Below are positions 38,906-52,361 of a stretch of DNA of 64,000 bases, one piece after another. A program made the translations under genes and the position numbers. The DNA is from Octopus bimaculoides (taxonomy: Eukaryota), in contig NC_068987.1 of the NCBI RefSeq assembly GCF_001194135.2, positions 108,331,552-108,395,551 of the forward strand, read 5' to 3'. The notes beneath the pieces were generated by a model, which saw nothing but the letters and a program-made list of their open reading frames with translations, had not been told where the DNA came from and did not search any database. How positions within the stretch are numbered: position 1 is the stretch's first letter; every line of letters starts with the position of its first letter.

Positions 38906-39120
38906 AAAGAAGAAGAAGAAGAAGAAGAAGAAGAAGAAGAAGAAAAAGAAGAAGAAGAAAAAGAAGAAGAAGAAAAAAGAAGAAGAAGAAGAAAAAGAAG
39001 AAGAAGAAAAAGAAGAAGAAGAAAAAGAAGAAGAAGAAAAAGAAGAAGAACGTGGTCAAGCGGTAGAAAGATATAAGTGGAGGTACTCCAGAGAGGAAGA
39101 GAGAGAGAGAGAGATACATA
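38380..39120 (+). repeat. Purine-rich compound microsatellite/minisatellite: (GAG/GAC)n, (GAT)n, (GAA)n and a 15-bp GAAGAAGAAGAAAAA unit
   Basis: Directly visible. It explains the low-complexity ORFs on both strands. Confidence 0.95.
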
Positions 39121-40968
39121 CTAAGTTAGTGAAAAGCAGTAAAAATGGAATGCGTGCATCAAGTATGAAGAGGAAAAGATAACTCAATGAGGGAGAAAGT
39201 GAGATAGAAAAAGATTGATAGAGAGTTGGTGAGAGTGAAGTGAATATACAGAGAGAAAGAGAGAAAATTGAAGGGAAAACAAGGAGAAATATTACGATGT
39301 GGAAGACAGTAATAAGAAAAAAGAAAAAAAGAACAAGAGAATGCGAGAAAGAAAATCAGCAACATAAACAGAGAGACAAATAAAAGGAAAGTGATGAGAA
39401 AAAGATTCACAAAGGCGAAAGAGAGGAGATGAAGAACAATGAAGGAGAGAAGTGAAAGATGGCTATGAAAGATTTAGGTGATGGATAGATAGAAAGAAGA
39501 AAGATAAAGAGTTTGGAGAGGGATGGTGGGGCAGTAGTATTTCTTTACCGTTGACAAGTCATGCGTTAGGCCACCGATAAGCAGGAAGCTAAATTTTTCC
39601 TTAAAGAACGGAAGAAATAACTTCCAATCTGATCCATGATATAAAAGCGAGGAGAAGATAAAAGAATAAAAAAAAAATCGAATCTAAGATGGCGCTTAAC
39701 GATATTTTGTAGCTTCCGCTTAAACTTAACGTGTAACGTTATTAAAGACGGGTCTTGATCAGAACTAGCTAGATAGATATCGCACTATGAAGACCTACTA
39801 TAAGGCCAGAAAGTACTTATTATATAACATAACAGCATAAACATAGCCATACATTAAATCACGTGTTGCAATGGTAGAAAGATCTGTGAGGGCACTCGAC
39901 CAGCTAGAAATAATATCTAAAATTCCCTCAAACCATACCCTTTCGACGTAAGGAGGAAGGAAACATCGCATCATGTACTCTTAGATACAGAAGCCGAAAT
40001 AAGATAGGCTTGTCATATCTGAAACACTTGTGATCAAAGGATGCATTTTAATACCTCAGATTTGAACTAAGTAATGATACCGAATCAATGAGGGAGGCTG
40101 TGCAAAAATCTTGCTAGAAATAGCAACCAAATCTGCCTTAGATTATACACTACTGTCTCAGGAAAAGGAGATATTGGAAAATGTAGTAGAGGATATTCAT
40201 GCAATGTATGTATGTATGAGGAGAGATGGAAATGGTTGGATGTTCAATAAAAAGGGATAACTAGGGTTGAAACAACAAGGACATATATCCCAGGTTTATA
40301 ACTATTTATATAAGTACATAACTCCCCCTCACTAATCCTATTGGTAATCACTCTCTTTCTCTCTCCCTTTCTTTCTTTGCTCTCTCTCTCTTACTCTTTT
40401 TCTCTCTCTATCTCGCTCTCTGTAAACAGCCATAAGCAGCAGTAGCAGCAATTTCTAGTCAAACAACCAAGATTATAAGCACGTAAGTTTATACGCATAA
40501 GTATACATACATATGAGTGTGTGTGCGTTAGCGTGTGTGAGCGTGTGTATGAATGTGTGCATATATGCCTGTTTGCACGCATAAACATACGAATACAAGT
40601 TTCTTGTATATAGCAACAAACTCAATATCACACACGTACGCACGCGCGTGCATACATCCATTCTTAGTTCATTGCCTAATGGTTATAGATTTGCTTTTTT
40701 ACTATCTGAAGTAACTTCTACCAAACCATATGAGTGAAAGTAGGTACACGTAAAACGTTCTGAAGCCTAAAGAAAGTACTCTCTTGATACATCCAAGTAT
40801 AGCACAATCTTACCAAGTACAGCACACCACTATGTCCGTCCTCACACTTTATTTGCAATACTCTTATCGACAGTTTACTCAACTACATACAAATTCATAC
40901 ACAGAGAAAATAGTCCCTTTCACTGAAAAATCTTGGTCAAAAACGATGCGGTGACCATGGTATCATTT

Positions 40969-41360
40969 GTTGTTGATGTTGGCACTCCGTCGCTTACGAC
41001 GACGAGCGTTCCAGTTGATCTGATCAGCGGAACAGCCTGCTCGTGAAATTAACGTGCAAGTGGCTGAGCACTCCACAGACACGTGTACCCTTAACGTAGT
41101 TCTCGGGGAGATTCAGCGTGACACAGTGTGACAAGGCTGACCCTTTGAATTACAGGCACAACAGAAACAGGAAGTAAAAGTGAGAGAAAGTTGAGGTGAA
41201 AGATTACAGCAGGGTTCGCCACCATCCCCTGCCGGAGCCTTGTGGAGCTTTAGGTGTTTTCGCTCAATAAAAACTCACAGCGCCCTGTCTGGGAATCGAA
41301 ACCGCGATCCTATGACCGCGAGTCCGCTGCCCTAACCACTGGGCCATTGCGCCTCCACTT
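40969..41360 (-). mobile_element. tRNA-derived SINE, family A, full length
   Basis: Second copy of 495-876, with a (GTT)n-type tail. A 9-bp TSD GTATCATTT lies at 40960-40968 and 41361-41369. Confidence 0.9.
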
Positions 41361-41504
41361 GTATCATTTAACACATAATTATTAAACATATGTATCATTA
41401 AACACATAAGCACATGTAATGCCATCGTTTTTGTTTTGCTTTGTGTTGTGTGATTGTCTGCATCTCGTCATCAGGTTTATAAATATTATACATAATAATT
41501 ATTA

Positions 41505-41890
41505 TTATTGAGTGAGAGCAGCGCGTGCCATCAAAATATCACTGGGGTACATATATATACGAAGCCCAATATACCCATCATGACTATCCATATGATAAAA
41601 GTACACCAAACACATTGCCTCACAACCATGTGTGCGTGGGGTACTGACCTTATATCAAGATAAACCTTGCAAGTGGGGCCCAGTTAGAATTTTCTTCAGA
41701 TCGAGTAGATCATCACGCTCAAAATCTCTCGGAATAAGGGTTGTTTACGGATGATGAACCAAACACTTATATTTCGAGAGATGAATTATTGAAACCCCAG
41801 AGAATTCCACTCAAAACATGGCTATGATGCTCCCCGACTACGCCTGATCTTGATCAGAGATGTACATGTCATCAGCAAGTAAGGGACATG
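41505..41890. repeat. Probable interspersed repeat remnant (unclassified)
   Basis: It starts after a (TTA)n tail-like tract and resembles a repeat I recall from octopus sequence. There is no second copy in this window. Confidence 0.3.
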
Positions 41891-42030
41891 TATGTATGTA
41901 TGTATGTATGTATGTATGTTGCAGGTATGTATGTAGGTATGTTGTATATATATATTCATATAGACGTAGATATAATTACTTAAACCAGATGTCCAACTAC
42001 TTACTTATTCATGTGCACATAAGTAATATT

Positions 42031-42437
42031 CTTTTCTACTCAAGGGACAAAGCCCGAAATTTGGGGAGAGGAGGCCAGTCGGTCAGATCGACGAGCCTGC
42101 AAGGATGAAAAGCAAAGTCGACCTCGGCGGAATTTGAACTCAGAATGTAAACACAGATGAAATATCGCTAAGCATTTCGCCCAGCTTGCGAATGTTTCTT
42201 ATTTCTTCATTGCCCACAAGGGACTAAACATTGAAGGGACAAACAAGGACAGACAAAGATATTAAGTCGATTACATCGACCCCAGTGCGTAACTGGTACT
42301 TAATTTATCGACCCCGAAAGGATGGAAGACAAAGTCGACCTCGGTGGAATTTGAACTCAGAATATGTAAACACAGATAAAATACCGCTAAGAATTTCACC
42401 CAGCGTGCTAACGTTTCTGCCAGTTCGCCGCCTCATC
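42031..42437 (-). mobile_element. Dimeric SINE family C with TSD
   Basis: Same dimer and junction as 32138-32547. The 13-bp TSD CATAAGTAATATT at 42018-42030 and 42438-42450 encloses the whole dimer. Confidence 0.9.
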
Positions 42438-42697
42438 CATAAGTAATATTACATATAAACTGAACAGAATTTTGTTCAACAGCTATGCATATATTCATAC
42501 ACATACCACAATAAAACTAACAAATATATTTACAGACTTAACGATGATTCAAAGAGATGCCCGGTACATAAACGAATACACATAACCATGCACGAATATG
42601 TTATATGCAGACAAGAACACACTCATAAACGTATAAATGCGTTAAACAGACACACACCGAATATACCTACACACACACACACACACACCGAATATAC

Positions 42698-42734
<37 letters not shown>

Positions 42735-43297
42735 TGCATACTTTCATTTATACATCTGTATACAAACATACCACCAGACAAACAGACACACACTCACTAA
42801 CAGGCGTATCACATACAATTAACCATGACGTTGTTCAGTAATCATTCTGACAACGATGTCTGTAGTTTGTAGATACGAAAAGTAGATAAAATTATCCAGC
42901 AAGATCTATTCAATGCATATCAAAAGTTTATCTATCGCAGACTGACTGGCTGAATGTTACATATTTAAAACTATGCAAAGGGTATCTTTAAGTTTAAATT
43001 GTTGCCCAAGGATTCAACGAAGTGCTAACGATAATCAGCATTTCGAACTGTGAGTATGCTGGAGAAAATTACTTCGACAGCCCGAATACTCGTAGCAACA
43101 TATGACTGGCGTATACTGCTGAATGTTGGAGTATATATAGCGGTCTAGTGAAAGGCATCCAATGACCTGTAAATATGTGTGCGTGTGCGCACGCGTGCAT
43201 CGCTCTTTCTTTCGTTTGCCCCTCACTCGTATACATACATATATACACACGCATATATATATATATATATGTGTGTATGTATGTATGTGTGTATGTA

Positions 43298-44400
43298 TAG
43301 GGTGCGTAATGTATTTGAGGACAAAACTGTTGTTTTAGAAAAACATATAACAGAAAACAACTTTATTATTGAAAAAGACATGTGCATATAAACTAGATTA
43401 TCTTCTTTATAATATGATGTTATTCAATGTAGCTTCCTTCACCACCTATAACTGATTTTGTACGAGACCTAATTTGTCTTACAAGCCTGTATTTAGTGAC
43501 CGTGATTCATATCGAACATTACTCTGGTCATGGCGGTCTTCAGAGAATTCTTGGCGCTATGCCGATGTTGATTGACTTCTCTTTCAACAACCCTCCACAC
43601 GTAGTAGTGCAACGGATTTAGATTTGGTGAGTTTAGAGGCCAAATGTTAGAGACTATATGGTCATGAAAATTGTCATCCATCCATTCTTGAACTGAACAT
43701 TCTGTGATGCGGCAGAGCCGTGCTGAAATATGAACAGGTCTTCCATTGCATACTCTGTCTATTCAGGGCTTGAAAACGTCTTCCAAAATTTCATTGCAAA
43801 CAGCAGAGCTAACTCTAAGGCCCTGTCGAAAGAAGTGAGGAGGCATCATAGGTCCTTCATTACTGACAACTCCAAAAGCAATGACACTTTCAGGAAATTT
43901 TGTGTGTGTGACTGTCGACACTTCAAAGGGTCCGAACCTAACTATCTGTAATTCTTACTGTTAATCTTTTCCCTGGTCAAAGCTTTTCTCATTCGAAGAA
44001 AAGAAAATCATGTTTAATAATCTTTGAGATTTAATCAAATGATTTTCCTTTCTCTTTTCTAACATGAACTGACCTCCCTTCATCACGTTAGGCTTGTACT
44101 GTATGTCTTCGTAGAAAGCATTTCTAATCTTCCCTCCTGACACATGGAGATCTTTTGCAATCGACCTCATGGATTTTCTGGGTTTTCAGACAATGATCTG
44201 CTGAAATTGTTGAATAAATTCAGGTGTTCTGATGGTATTGGGGCGTTGTGATGATGGTGATACCTTTCAATACTGGTGATACCTTTTCATCTGAGGCTTC
44301 TGACTCCTTGCGATAATTGTGGTGGACAGATCTGGTGACTTTTAAAACCTGAGCTACCTCTAAACCGCTATGTTCAACCTATGAGCCACAATTACAGTAT
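43298..44400 (-). mobile_element. maT (DD37D-type, Bmmar1-like) transposon, decayed
   Basis: Minus-strand frames give RTPEFIQQ, MRSIAKDLHVS, FFSSNEKSFDQ, HTKFPESV, NEGPMMPPHFFRQGLRV, GRP/YIFQHGSA and WPLNSPNLNPLHYYVW. The terminus TA|TAGGGTGCG is at 43296-43306. Multiple stops and frameshifts. Confidence 0.8.
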
Positions 44401-44588
44401 CCTTCTTTATTTCTTGATTAAGCTGAGTGTTTGCCATTATTATTTTCTGGAACGTAAATGACATAAAGTTAATTTAAAAACGGTAATAACTCAAGAATGT
44501 CATATGTATAAATACACGAACACACATACATGCACATATACATATATAGATATATATAGAGAGAGAGAGATAGATATACATATACACA

Positions 44589-44673
<85 letters not shown>

Positions 44674-44882
44674 NNNNNNNNNNNNNNNNNNNNNNNNNNN
44701 NNNNNNNNNNNNNNNNNNNNNNNNNNNNNNNNNNNNNNNNNNNNNNNNNNNNNNNNNNNNNNNNNNNNNNNNNNNNNNNNNNNNNNATATATATATCTGT
44801 ATATATATTCGTGTATATATAAATATATATACGTATATATATAAATACAAATATGTGTGTGTGTGTGTATGTGTGTCTGTGT

Positions 44883-44934
<52 letters not shown>

Positions 44935-45779
44935 TCATATATGTATGTATGAGTATATGTTTGCCACTGAGTTTCTCATTATGGATATTTTTCCGGTGAA
45001 AGTGCTCGTAGCTTTCTCTAATTACTAGAAAACTCTTGGTAATTCATTAATTGCTGAAGTAAAAACTTATCTGAAACATTCTAAAATGGTCCAGCATCCT
45101 CACTCTCATCAGCTTCGTCTTTAGAACGCTATTGTTCTTATATGTTTGAAGTTCTCATTAGACATTTCTTCCCGAGTAATTCAATTATTTTCAGTTCACA
45201 TTGTTTATTTCTTCAAATAATCCTACCTGATGCATCTGGCCAACAATTTCCTGTTGAACAGTATCTACCGGCTCCACTCTTTTGATAGACATTACTCCCG
45301 ATACAATTCATTGTTGCTAACCATATCTTACAACAACACTATCAAAATTGAAATAGCATTTCGGATGTATATATAACCGAGACTAAAATCCATCACATAT
45401 TTCACTTAAAGTAAATATAGGGTATGACTGTAGCAATAACTTCCTGATTTCTAGGCCGGATGAAGATGGTTATGTTTGTAGACTTGTATTGTTTCATTTA
45501 TCCACGTTAGTCAGGTGACATGAAACATTTTCATTAGGATCCAATCATTTTCAACGCTTTCAGTCAGACAAATGAAAAATGCGAAATACTTTTCTTTGCA
45601 TTTTGGTGTAAACGCAAAGTAAGCCAGTGAAGCAATCTGAGAGCATTGTTCTAATGGTCCTCTCGACTACCTACGTCATGAATGATCAATGGGTGGACCT
45701 AAGAGGTTCCTCTCCGTTGTACAAGTCTGGGCGGAAAGTCGCTTCACTTGCGAATACACAACCTAGTGTTGTTTTTATG

Positions 45780-46023
45780 GAAGACAAGCAGTCGCTCATG
45801 TATACCAGCCTCCCCTCTCCACAGCACTGAGGTTATCCAAGGGAAAGCAAAGGCCGATACAGCTTTGCACCGGTGACGTCGGAACACTACAGCTGAGTGA
45901 ACTGGAGCAACGTGAAATAAAGTGTCTTGCTCAAGAACACAACACGCAACCCGGTCAGGGAATCGAACTCACATTCTCACAATCGTAAGCTCGACACGCT
46001 AACCACTGAGCTATGCGCCTTCA
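45780..46023 (-). mobile_element. tRNA-derived SINE, family D
   Basis: Minus-strand head GAAGGCGCATAGCTCAGTGGTTAGCGTGTCGAGCTTAC...GAGTTCGATTCCCTGACCGG, then GTGTTCTTGAGCAAGACACTTTATTTCAC, a typical SINE2 post-tRNA domain. The element may extend to about 45625. Confidence 0.75.
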
Positions 46024-46277
46024 CTCTAATGATCCATTCCCTTTATATTTGCTGGTCATATAACAGGAAGTTGTGTTGTAGAGTAGCCTTTAGTTGAGAT
46101 TAATACTTTAGAAAGTTTAAATACTAGCAGTAGCACTATAGATGTCCTGAAGCATTGCTTCAAAGTCATACTAACTTTGGCATCCTTGAACCGTGTTGCT
46201 CCTTTGTCTTTAAAGATCTACGTTTTGACGTTCGTTTGCAAAACAACTCTGCCCCATCTTCGTTAAAATTTGCTGCA

Positions 46278-46688
46278 ATACTCTCTTTTACTCTCTTTTA
46301 CTTGTTTCAGTCATTTGACTGTGGCCATGCTGGAGCACCGCCTTTAGTCGAGCAAATCGACCCCAGGACTTATTCTTTGTAAGCCTAGTATTTATTCTAT
46401 CGATCTCTTTTGTCGAACCGCTAAGTTACGGGGACGTAAGCACAACAGCATCGGTTGTCAACCGATGTTGGGGGGACAAACACAGACACACACACATACA
46501 CATATATGTATATACATATATATACGACGGGCTTCTTTCAGTTTCCGTCTACCAAATCCACTCACAAGACTTTGGTCGGCCCCAGGCTATAGTAGACGAC
46601 ACTTGCCCAAGGTGCCACGCAGTGGGACTGAGCCCGGAACCATGTGGTTCGTAAGCAAGCTACTTACCACACAGCCACTCTTACGCCT
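46278..46688 (-). mobile_element. SINE family B, full length
   Basis: High similarity to 4886-5279. Confidence 0.9.
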
Positions 46689-46739
46689 ATGTGTATCCTT
46701 CTTCATCAATATTTTTCTTTAATTTTGAAAAGCATTACA

Positions 46740-47140
46740 GCTTCTTCATTGGCACTTGACGACTCATTTATTATCTGTCTTACAATTCTGACTGATTCTT
46801 GAGACGCTGAATCCCAAATGACTAGTCGTGATGTTCTTCATTCTTAGAACATCTTTCTTAATCTTATGAAAGGGGCTTAGCACTGTTTGCTTCATTCAAC
46901 ATATGTTCTCTATACATATATTATCTGTTAATTCTGTAGCAACTAATGCTAGAACTCCTGAAGATGTTCTTTCGACATTTCTGTGAATTATTCACACAGA
47001 AGTCGCTCACACTCTGAGACGTTTATCGTCCATTTCTAAAACTTCACTATGCTTCTAATTTACTTTCTACTGTTACACTTTTCATCATTTTAGTTTCTTT
47101 GTTTTTATGTGCAATAGTGGTACCTAGAGCATGCTTATCG
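46740..47140 (-). mobile_element. Possible Tigger/pogo transposase N-terminal (CENP-B-like HTH) remnant
   Basis: The minus strand gives KMMKSVTVESKLEA...NG and later EHMLNEAN...PLS, weakly like pogo N-termini. It has many stops. Confidence 0.35.
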
Positions 47141-48501
47141 GCATTGCAACAAAGGTAAATCAAAAAATAAATTTTATCGTATCCCTATGTAATAAACATA
47201 TTCATCGCTTCTATTCGCTTAATAGTCTTATTTTATATTTGTCAACTGGTCAGCTATTTAACCAATTAACTCATTGGTTGTTTGGTTAATCTTTCAGCCA
47301 ATCAATCAACCGTCTCGGTTTGTCAAAGTCTTTTCGTCGCCATTTAAAATCCATCAATAACATGCTCTGTCTACTACATATCTGCTTCAGGTCTTTGAAG
47401 CCAAAAGCTGTTAGGAACACTTCAAACTGAAACAACGATAAAAACCGATTGATTTTAAATCTCGAAGGCTTGTTAATTTTCTGTCATATTAAATGTTTTA
47501 CTAAAATCAATAAACTCTACCTCTATAAAAATGTCTACCAGTTTCAAAACTAGCTCAGCTGTTTCGTTTCAATTTTTACACTTACCCATTTCCAAACTTA
47601 CATATTTATTTTTCCAGATTTCTTGTAATTTTCAGTTAACGCTATGCCCCAAAGGCCTGTAGAATATGAACTTGCTTATTAGAAAACTGGAATAGAAATA
47701 TTTTCGGTCAGCATGTCGAAGAAAGTAGCGTTACTTATGAGAATATTAAATGGATTATTAAAGATGAAAGAAACGCTGCTTTAGAAATATGTTTCCTGTA
47801 TCTGTTACATACAGTTTCATTCCTTTTGTTTTTTGCATTGCTATTCGTTGATTGATTTATATATATTTTAAGTATCGTTGTATCTTAAGGGCATTATATC
47901 GCCATCACGTAGACAAAAGAAAAAAACATTTTATCTTAAGTGAAAATCGTGAACGAAAAGAGAGTGAATGCTTAGTAACTTTATTCATGATAATTCTTTT
48001 TCTAATTTTGTGTAGGTACAAATGTATGTGCGCATGTGTATAACAAAAATATTCTCTACGAAAAAGATTAGAAAATACGAATCACGATGTATTATATACT
48101 ACTCATAAAATAATTTCATCGATCGGATCTTCTGGATCTAACTTACATGTATACTCCAAAATACACTTCTCTCTTTCGGATTACCATGTAGACTGTTAGC
48201 CGCGTCCGTTACAAGGGCTTTTCAGCGTGATAGCTGTACGATTCTCTGTGTTCACATATTATACAATTATGTATATATGGTGGTTTTCTACTCCTTATGC
48301 AGAGGCTAACCACCTCCCATACCTACATCTTAGATCCATCATGGCGTCTGATGTGGCTTTTAAAACCAGACAATGTTTTGAAAAGACACCCACATAGATT
48401 GCATATCTGATCTGGACCACCAAGGGATGCAGTTCGATATCTTAAGTATTATTATATGCGTTTCACAGAGATATTAAACCACCAACTATTAAATGTGTAC
48501 T

Positions 48502-48557
<56 letters not shown>

Positions 48558-48975
48558 TGTGTGTCTGTCTGTCTGTGTGTCTGTCTGTCTGTCTGTCTGT
48601 GTCTGTGTCTGTGTCTCTGTATATTTTCGTTATTATATTATTTGAAAACAGTGTTTTTGTTTGTTTTAAATCTGTACTAATAACATGACAGTGTGTAAGG
48701 TTTTCGTTATTATAATCTTATTTACATATTTTCGAATAGGTTTCTTCATTGTTCGTTTGGAACTGAAAAGTTAGCAAACACTTCATCAATCTATTTGAAT
48801 AAAATGATTTGAGAATGCATTGCTCTCGGTTCATACTGTATGTGGCCAATGCAGTATAAAAGATAATTTACAAACGTGGTGAAAGATTTGCAGAACTTAA
48901 TATTTCAAATATCCTAAAAGTAATTAATGCAAAAATGTGAAAAGGGAAGGACGTTAGCAATTCTATATATGCGTA

Positions 48976-49043
<68 letters not shown>

Positions 49044-49045
49044 AT

Positions 49046-49114
<69 letters not shown>

Positions 49115-49336
49115 TTATCTATCTATTTATCATTCTATCTATCTAGCAAGCTAGCTAGCTATCATTCTATCTATCTACCTCTGCATTTTGAAATCGAGTT
49201 ATTCTCAGTTTTAACTACTTTCTTTTCTTGCTGTGCAGTTACACATACTTTACGTTCGTATGAATGCTTGCACACACAAACACACACACACATACACGCA
49301 CACGCACATATATACACACATACATATATATTTCTG

Positions 49337-49372
<36 letters not shown>

Positions 49373-50965
49373 TGTATNNNNNNNNNNNNNNNNNNNNNNN
49401 NNNNNNNNNNNNNNNNNNNNNNNNNNNNNNNNNNNNNNNNNNNNNNNNNNNNNNNNNNNNNNNNNNNNNNNNNNNNNNNNNNNNNNNNNNNNNNNNNNNN
49501 NNNNNNNNNNNNNNNNNNNNNNNNNNNNNNNNNNNNNNNNNNNNNNNNNNNNNNNNNNNNNNNNNNNNNNNNNNNNNNNNNNNNNNNNNNNNNNNNNNNN
49601 NNNNNNNNNNNNNNNNNNNNNNNNNNNNNNNNNNNNNNNNNNNNNNNNNNNNNNNNNNNNNNNNNNNNNNNNNNNNNNNNNNNTGTGTATGCCTGTAAGA
49701 AGTTACTTCGTTAGTGTATATCAATATTCATGAATATATGTGCGTGTCCGCCTGCGTGTATGCTTGCCTATGTGAACGTGAAAGTGTACGTGATTACTTT
49801 ACAGTGTTACTCTGCGTGTGTCTTTGGTTTAAAGATTGGCCTTTGATGTAACGAAATCAAATCCACATAGGCCAATTGTGTCACAGGTCAAACCACAGCC
49901 ACCACGACTACATTCACACACACAGGCAAATGCTGACCACCCACCACCACTAATCTACTTCACCTCTACTACTCAAACGAAATTACTTATTGATTCAAAA
50001 GACGCATCACTACATCTATCTCTAATTAGTAATTAACTTCTCTGTTTAATTGTTCTGTGTTGTAAAATGTTAGATAAGAACGTTGTAGTGTGTGTAGGGA
50101 CTTGATAACGCGCTAGAAATTGGCGGTCAGATTCTATGGTTACTAATATATGCAAATCTGATGGTCAAACATTTTATGTATATATTTCTGCCATGCTTGT
50201 GCGTGTATTTTTTTTTTTTTTTAATAAATATAACTTTGAAATATTTAACCCCTCTCACAAGTAATTTCTTCCCAATATCGTGATACTGAATATTGTTGGA
50301 TTGGTAAAATCGTTAGAGCGTCGAGTAAAGTGTCTTGTGATATTCCGTTACGTCCGTTTAAATTGCGAGATCAAGTCACACCCAAAGTCGATTTTACATT
50401 GCATCCTTCTGGAATCAAAAAAATTATGAGTTTAGTTATGATGTTGCTTCTGTCTTCTCTTTTCTGTCATTTCGTCTCCCTTCCTCTTTTCTCCTTCTTC
50501 TATTCTTCCTTTTCCATCTCTCCTTTTTCTGGAAGAACCGGTTTTAATCGGACCTGTAGAAGAAATGGTTTTGTTAGGGTTAAAATGGCCAAGACGAGAA
50601 GTATCCCATGACGGATGATGCCGCTACGACATCATGCGAGTTGAAAGCCGTAGGAATAATAAGGCAAGACAAAATAGAAGTCAAATGCATTTTTTTCTCG
50701 AGCCCTAGGACTTACCAGACCACCCAGTTTCCATGGCTAAGATCATAACACACCCTTGAACATGACGCCATTCTATTGCAGGATTAAATACCAGCAATCT
50801 TGAGAGGATGGGAAAAGTTGCTTACATCGATCCTAGGACTTTACTGGTACTTTATTTTATCAAACCTGGACGAAATAAAGGGACAGATGGTTCTAATAGA
50901 ACTCAGAACGTAAAGAGCCGGCAGAAATGCCTCTAAACATTTTGTCGATGCGTGAACGATTCTTT

Positions 50966-51392
50966 TCTACTTTAGGGACAAGGCCAGAAATTTTTTGGTG
51001 GGGGGCGCCAGTCGATTAGATCGACCCCAGTATGCAACTAGTACTTAATTTATCGACCCCGAAAGCATGAAAGGCAAAGTCGACCCCGGTAGAATTTAAA
51101 CTCAGAACAAAGACAGACGAAATACCGCTATACATTTCGCCCAGTGTACTAAACGTTTCTTATTTCTTTACTGCCTACAAGGGGCTACACACAGAGGGGA
51201 CAAACAAGGACAGACAAACGGATTAAGTCGATTATATCTACCCCAGTGCGTAACTGGTACTTATTTAATCGACCCCGAAAGGATAAAACGCATAGTCGAC
51301 TTCGGCGAAATTTGAACTCAGAACGTAACGGCAGACGAAATATCGCTAAGCATTTCCTCCAGCGTGCTAACGTTTCTGCCAGCTCGCCGCTT
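50966..51392 (-). mobile_element. Dimeric SINE family C
   Basis: Third copy, with the same linker and junction. Confidence 0.85.
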
Positions 51393-52129
51393 TAGACAAG
51401 TAATGGTGGCCTTATGATTAATCCGTCCACAACAAAATTTGACGCATTGTAAGTATGTTAGGAATCCATTACCTGGCTTCAAAGAATGGCCAAGACGAGA
51501 AGCATGCCACGACGGATGATGCCGCTATGACATCATGAGAGTTGAGAACCGTAGGAATAATAAGGCAAGCCTTGACCATTCTTCAAAGTGGTAAGTTTGC
51601 TATGTTGGAGTGAGGAGCAAAAGTTATATTGTTATAAAATCCAGGCGTTTTGGCTCAGTTCTTAGCACGTTTTTTTATTATCATCTCATTATCATTTTTT
51701 TATTATTATATTATCGTTTTACCACAAGGATAGACAAAACAAATAATTTTCAAAGAAGAACCAGGCAAGAGACTAAATGCCCTTCCCTAAAGTTGCTGCT
51801 ACTCAATAGATCCAAAAATAATAATGGCTTCCACCATCGGTACAGAGCCTGAAATTTGGAGGAAGGAGTTACTCAGTTAAATCGACTCTGGTAATTAACT
51901 TGCAATTTATTCTATCGNNNNNNNNNNGGGGGGGGGTGAACGGCAAAGTTAGCCTCGCCGAGATTTGAACGCTGAACATTAAAATGCGTAAATAGAAAGA
52001 GATATATAATTTTCCCTTACTTTAATTTAGTCTTCTCCGTTGATGATCTTTAAAATATTAATAATTATCAAGTTCATCTGAAGGTCTTTTAATTAACGGT
52101 CGGCATGATGACAACTGGGTTTTCATCAA

Positions 52130-52361
52130 CGAGCTGACAGAAACGTTAGCACGCCGGGCGAAATGCTTAGCGGTATTTCGTCTGCCGTTACGTTCTGAGT
52201 TCAAATTCCTCCGAGGTCGACTTTGCCTTTTATCCTTTCGGGATCGATAAATAGAGTACCAGTTACGCACTGGGGTCGATGTAATCGACTTAATCCCTTT
52301 GTCTGTCCTTGTTTGTCCCCTCTATGTTTAGCCCTTTGTGAACAATAAAGAAATAAGAAAC
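52130..52361 (+). mobile_element. SINE family C left monomer plus linker only
   Basis: Ends at ...AATAAAGAAATAAGAAAC, the dimer junction sequence. Confidence 0.85.
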
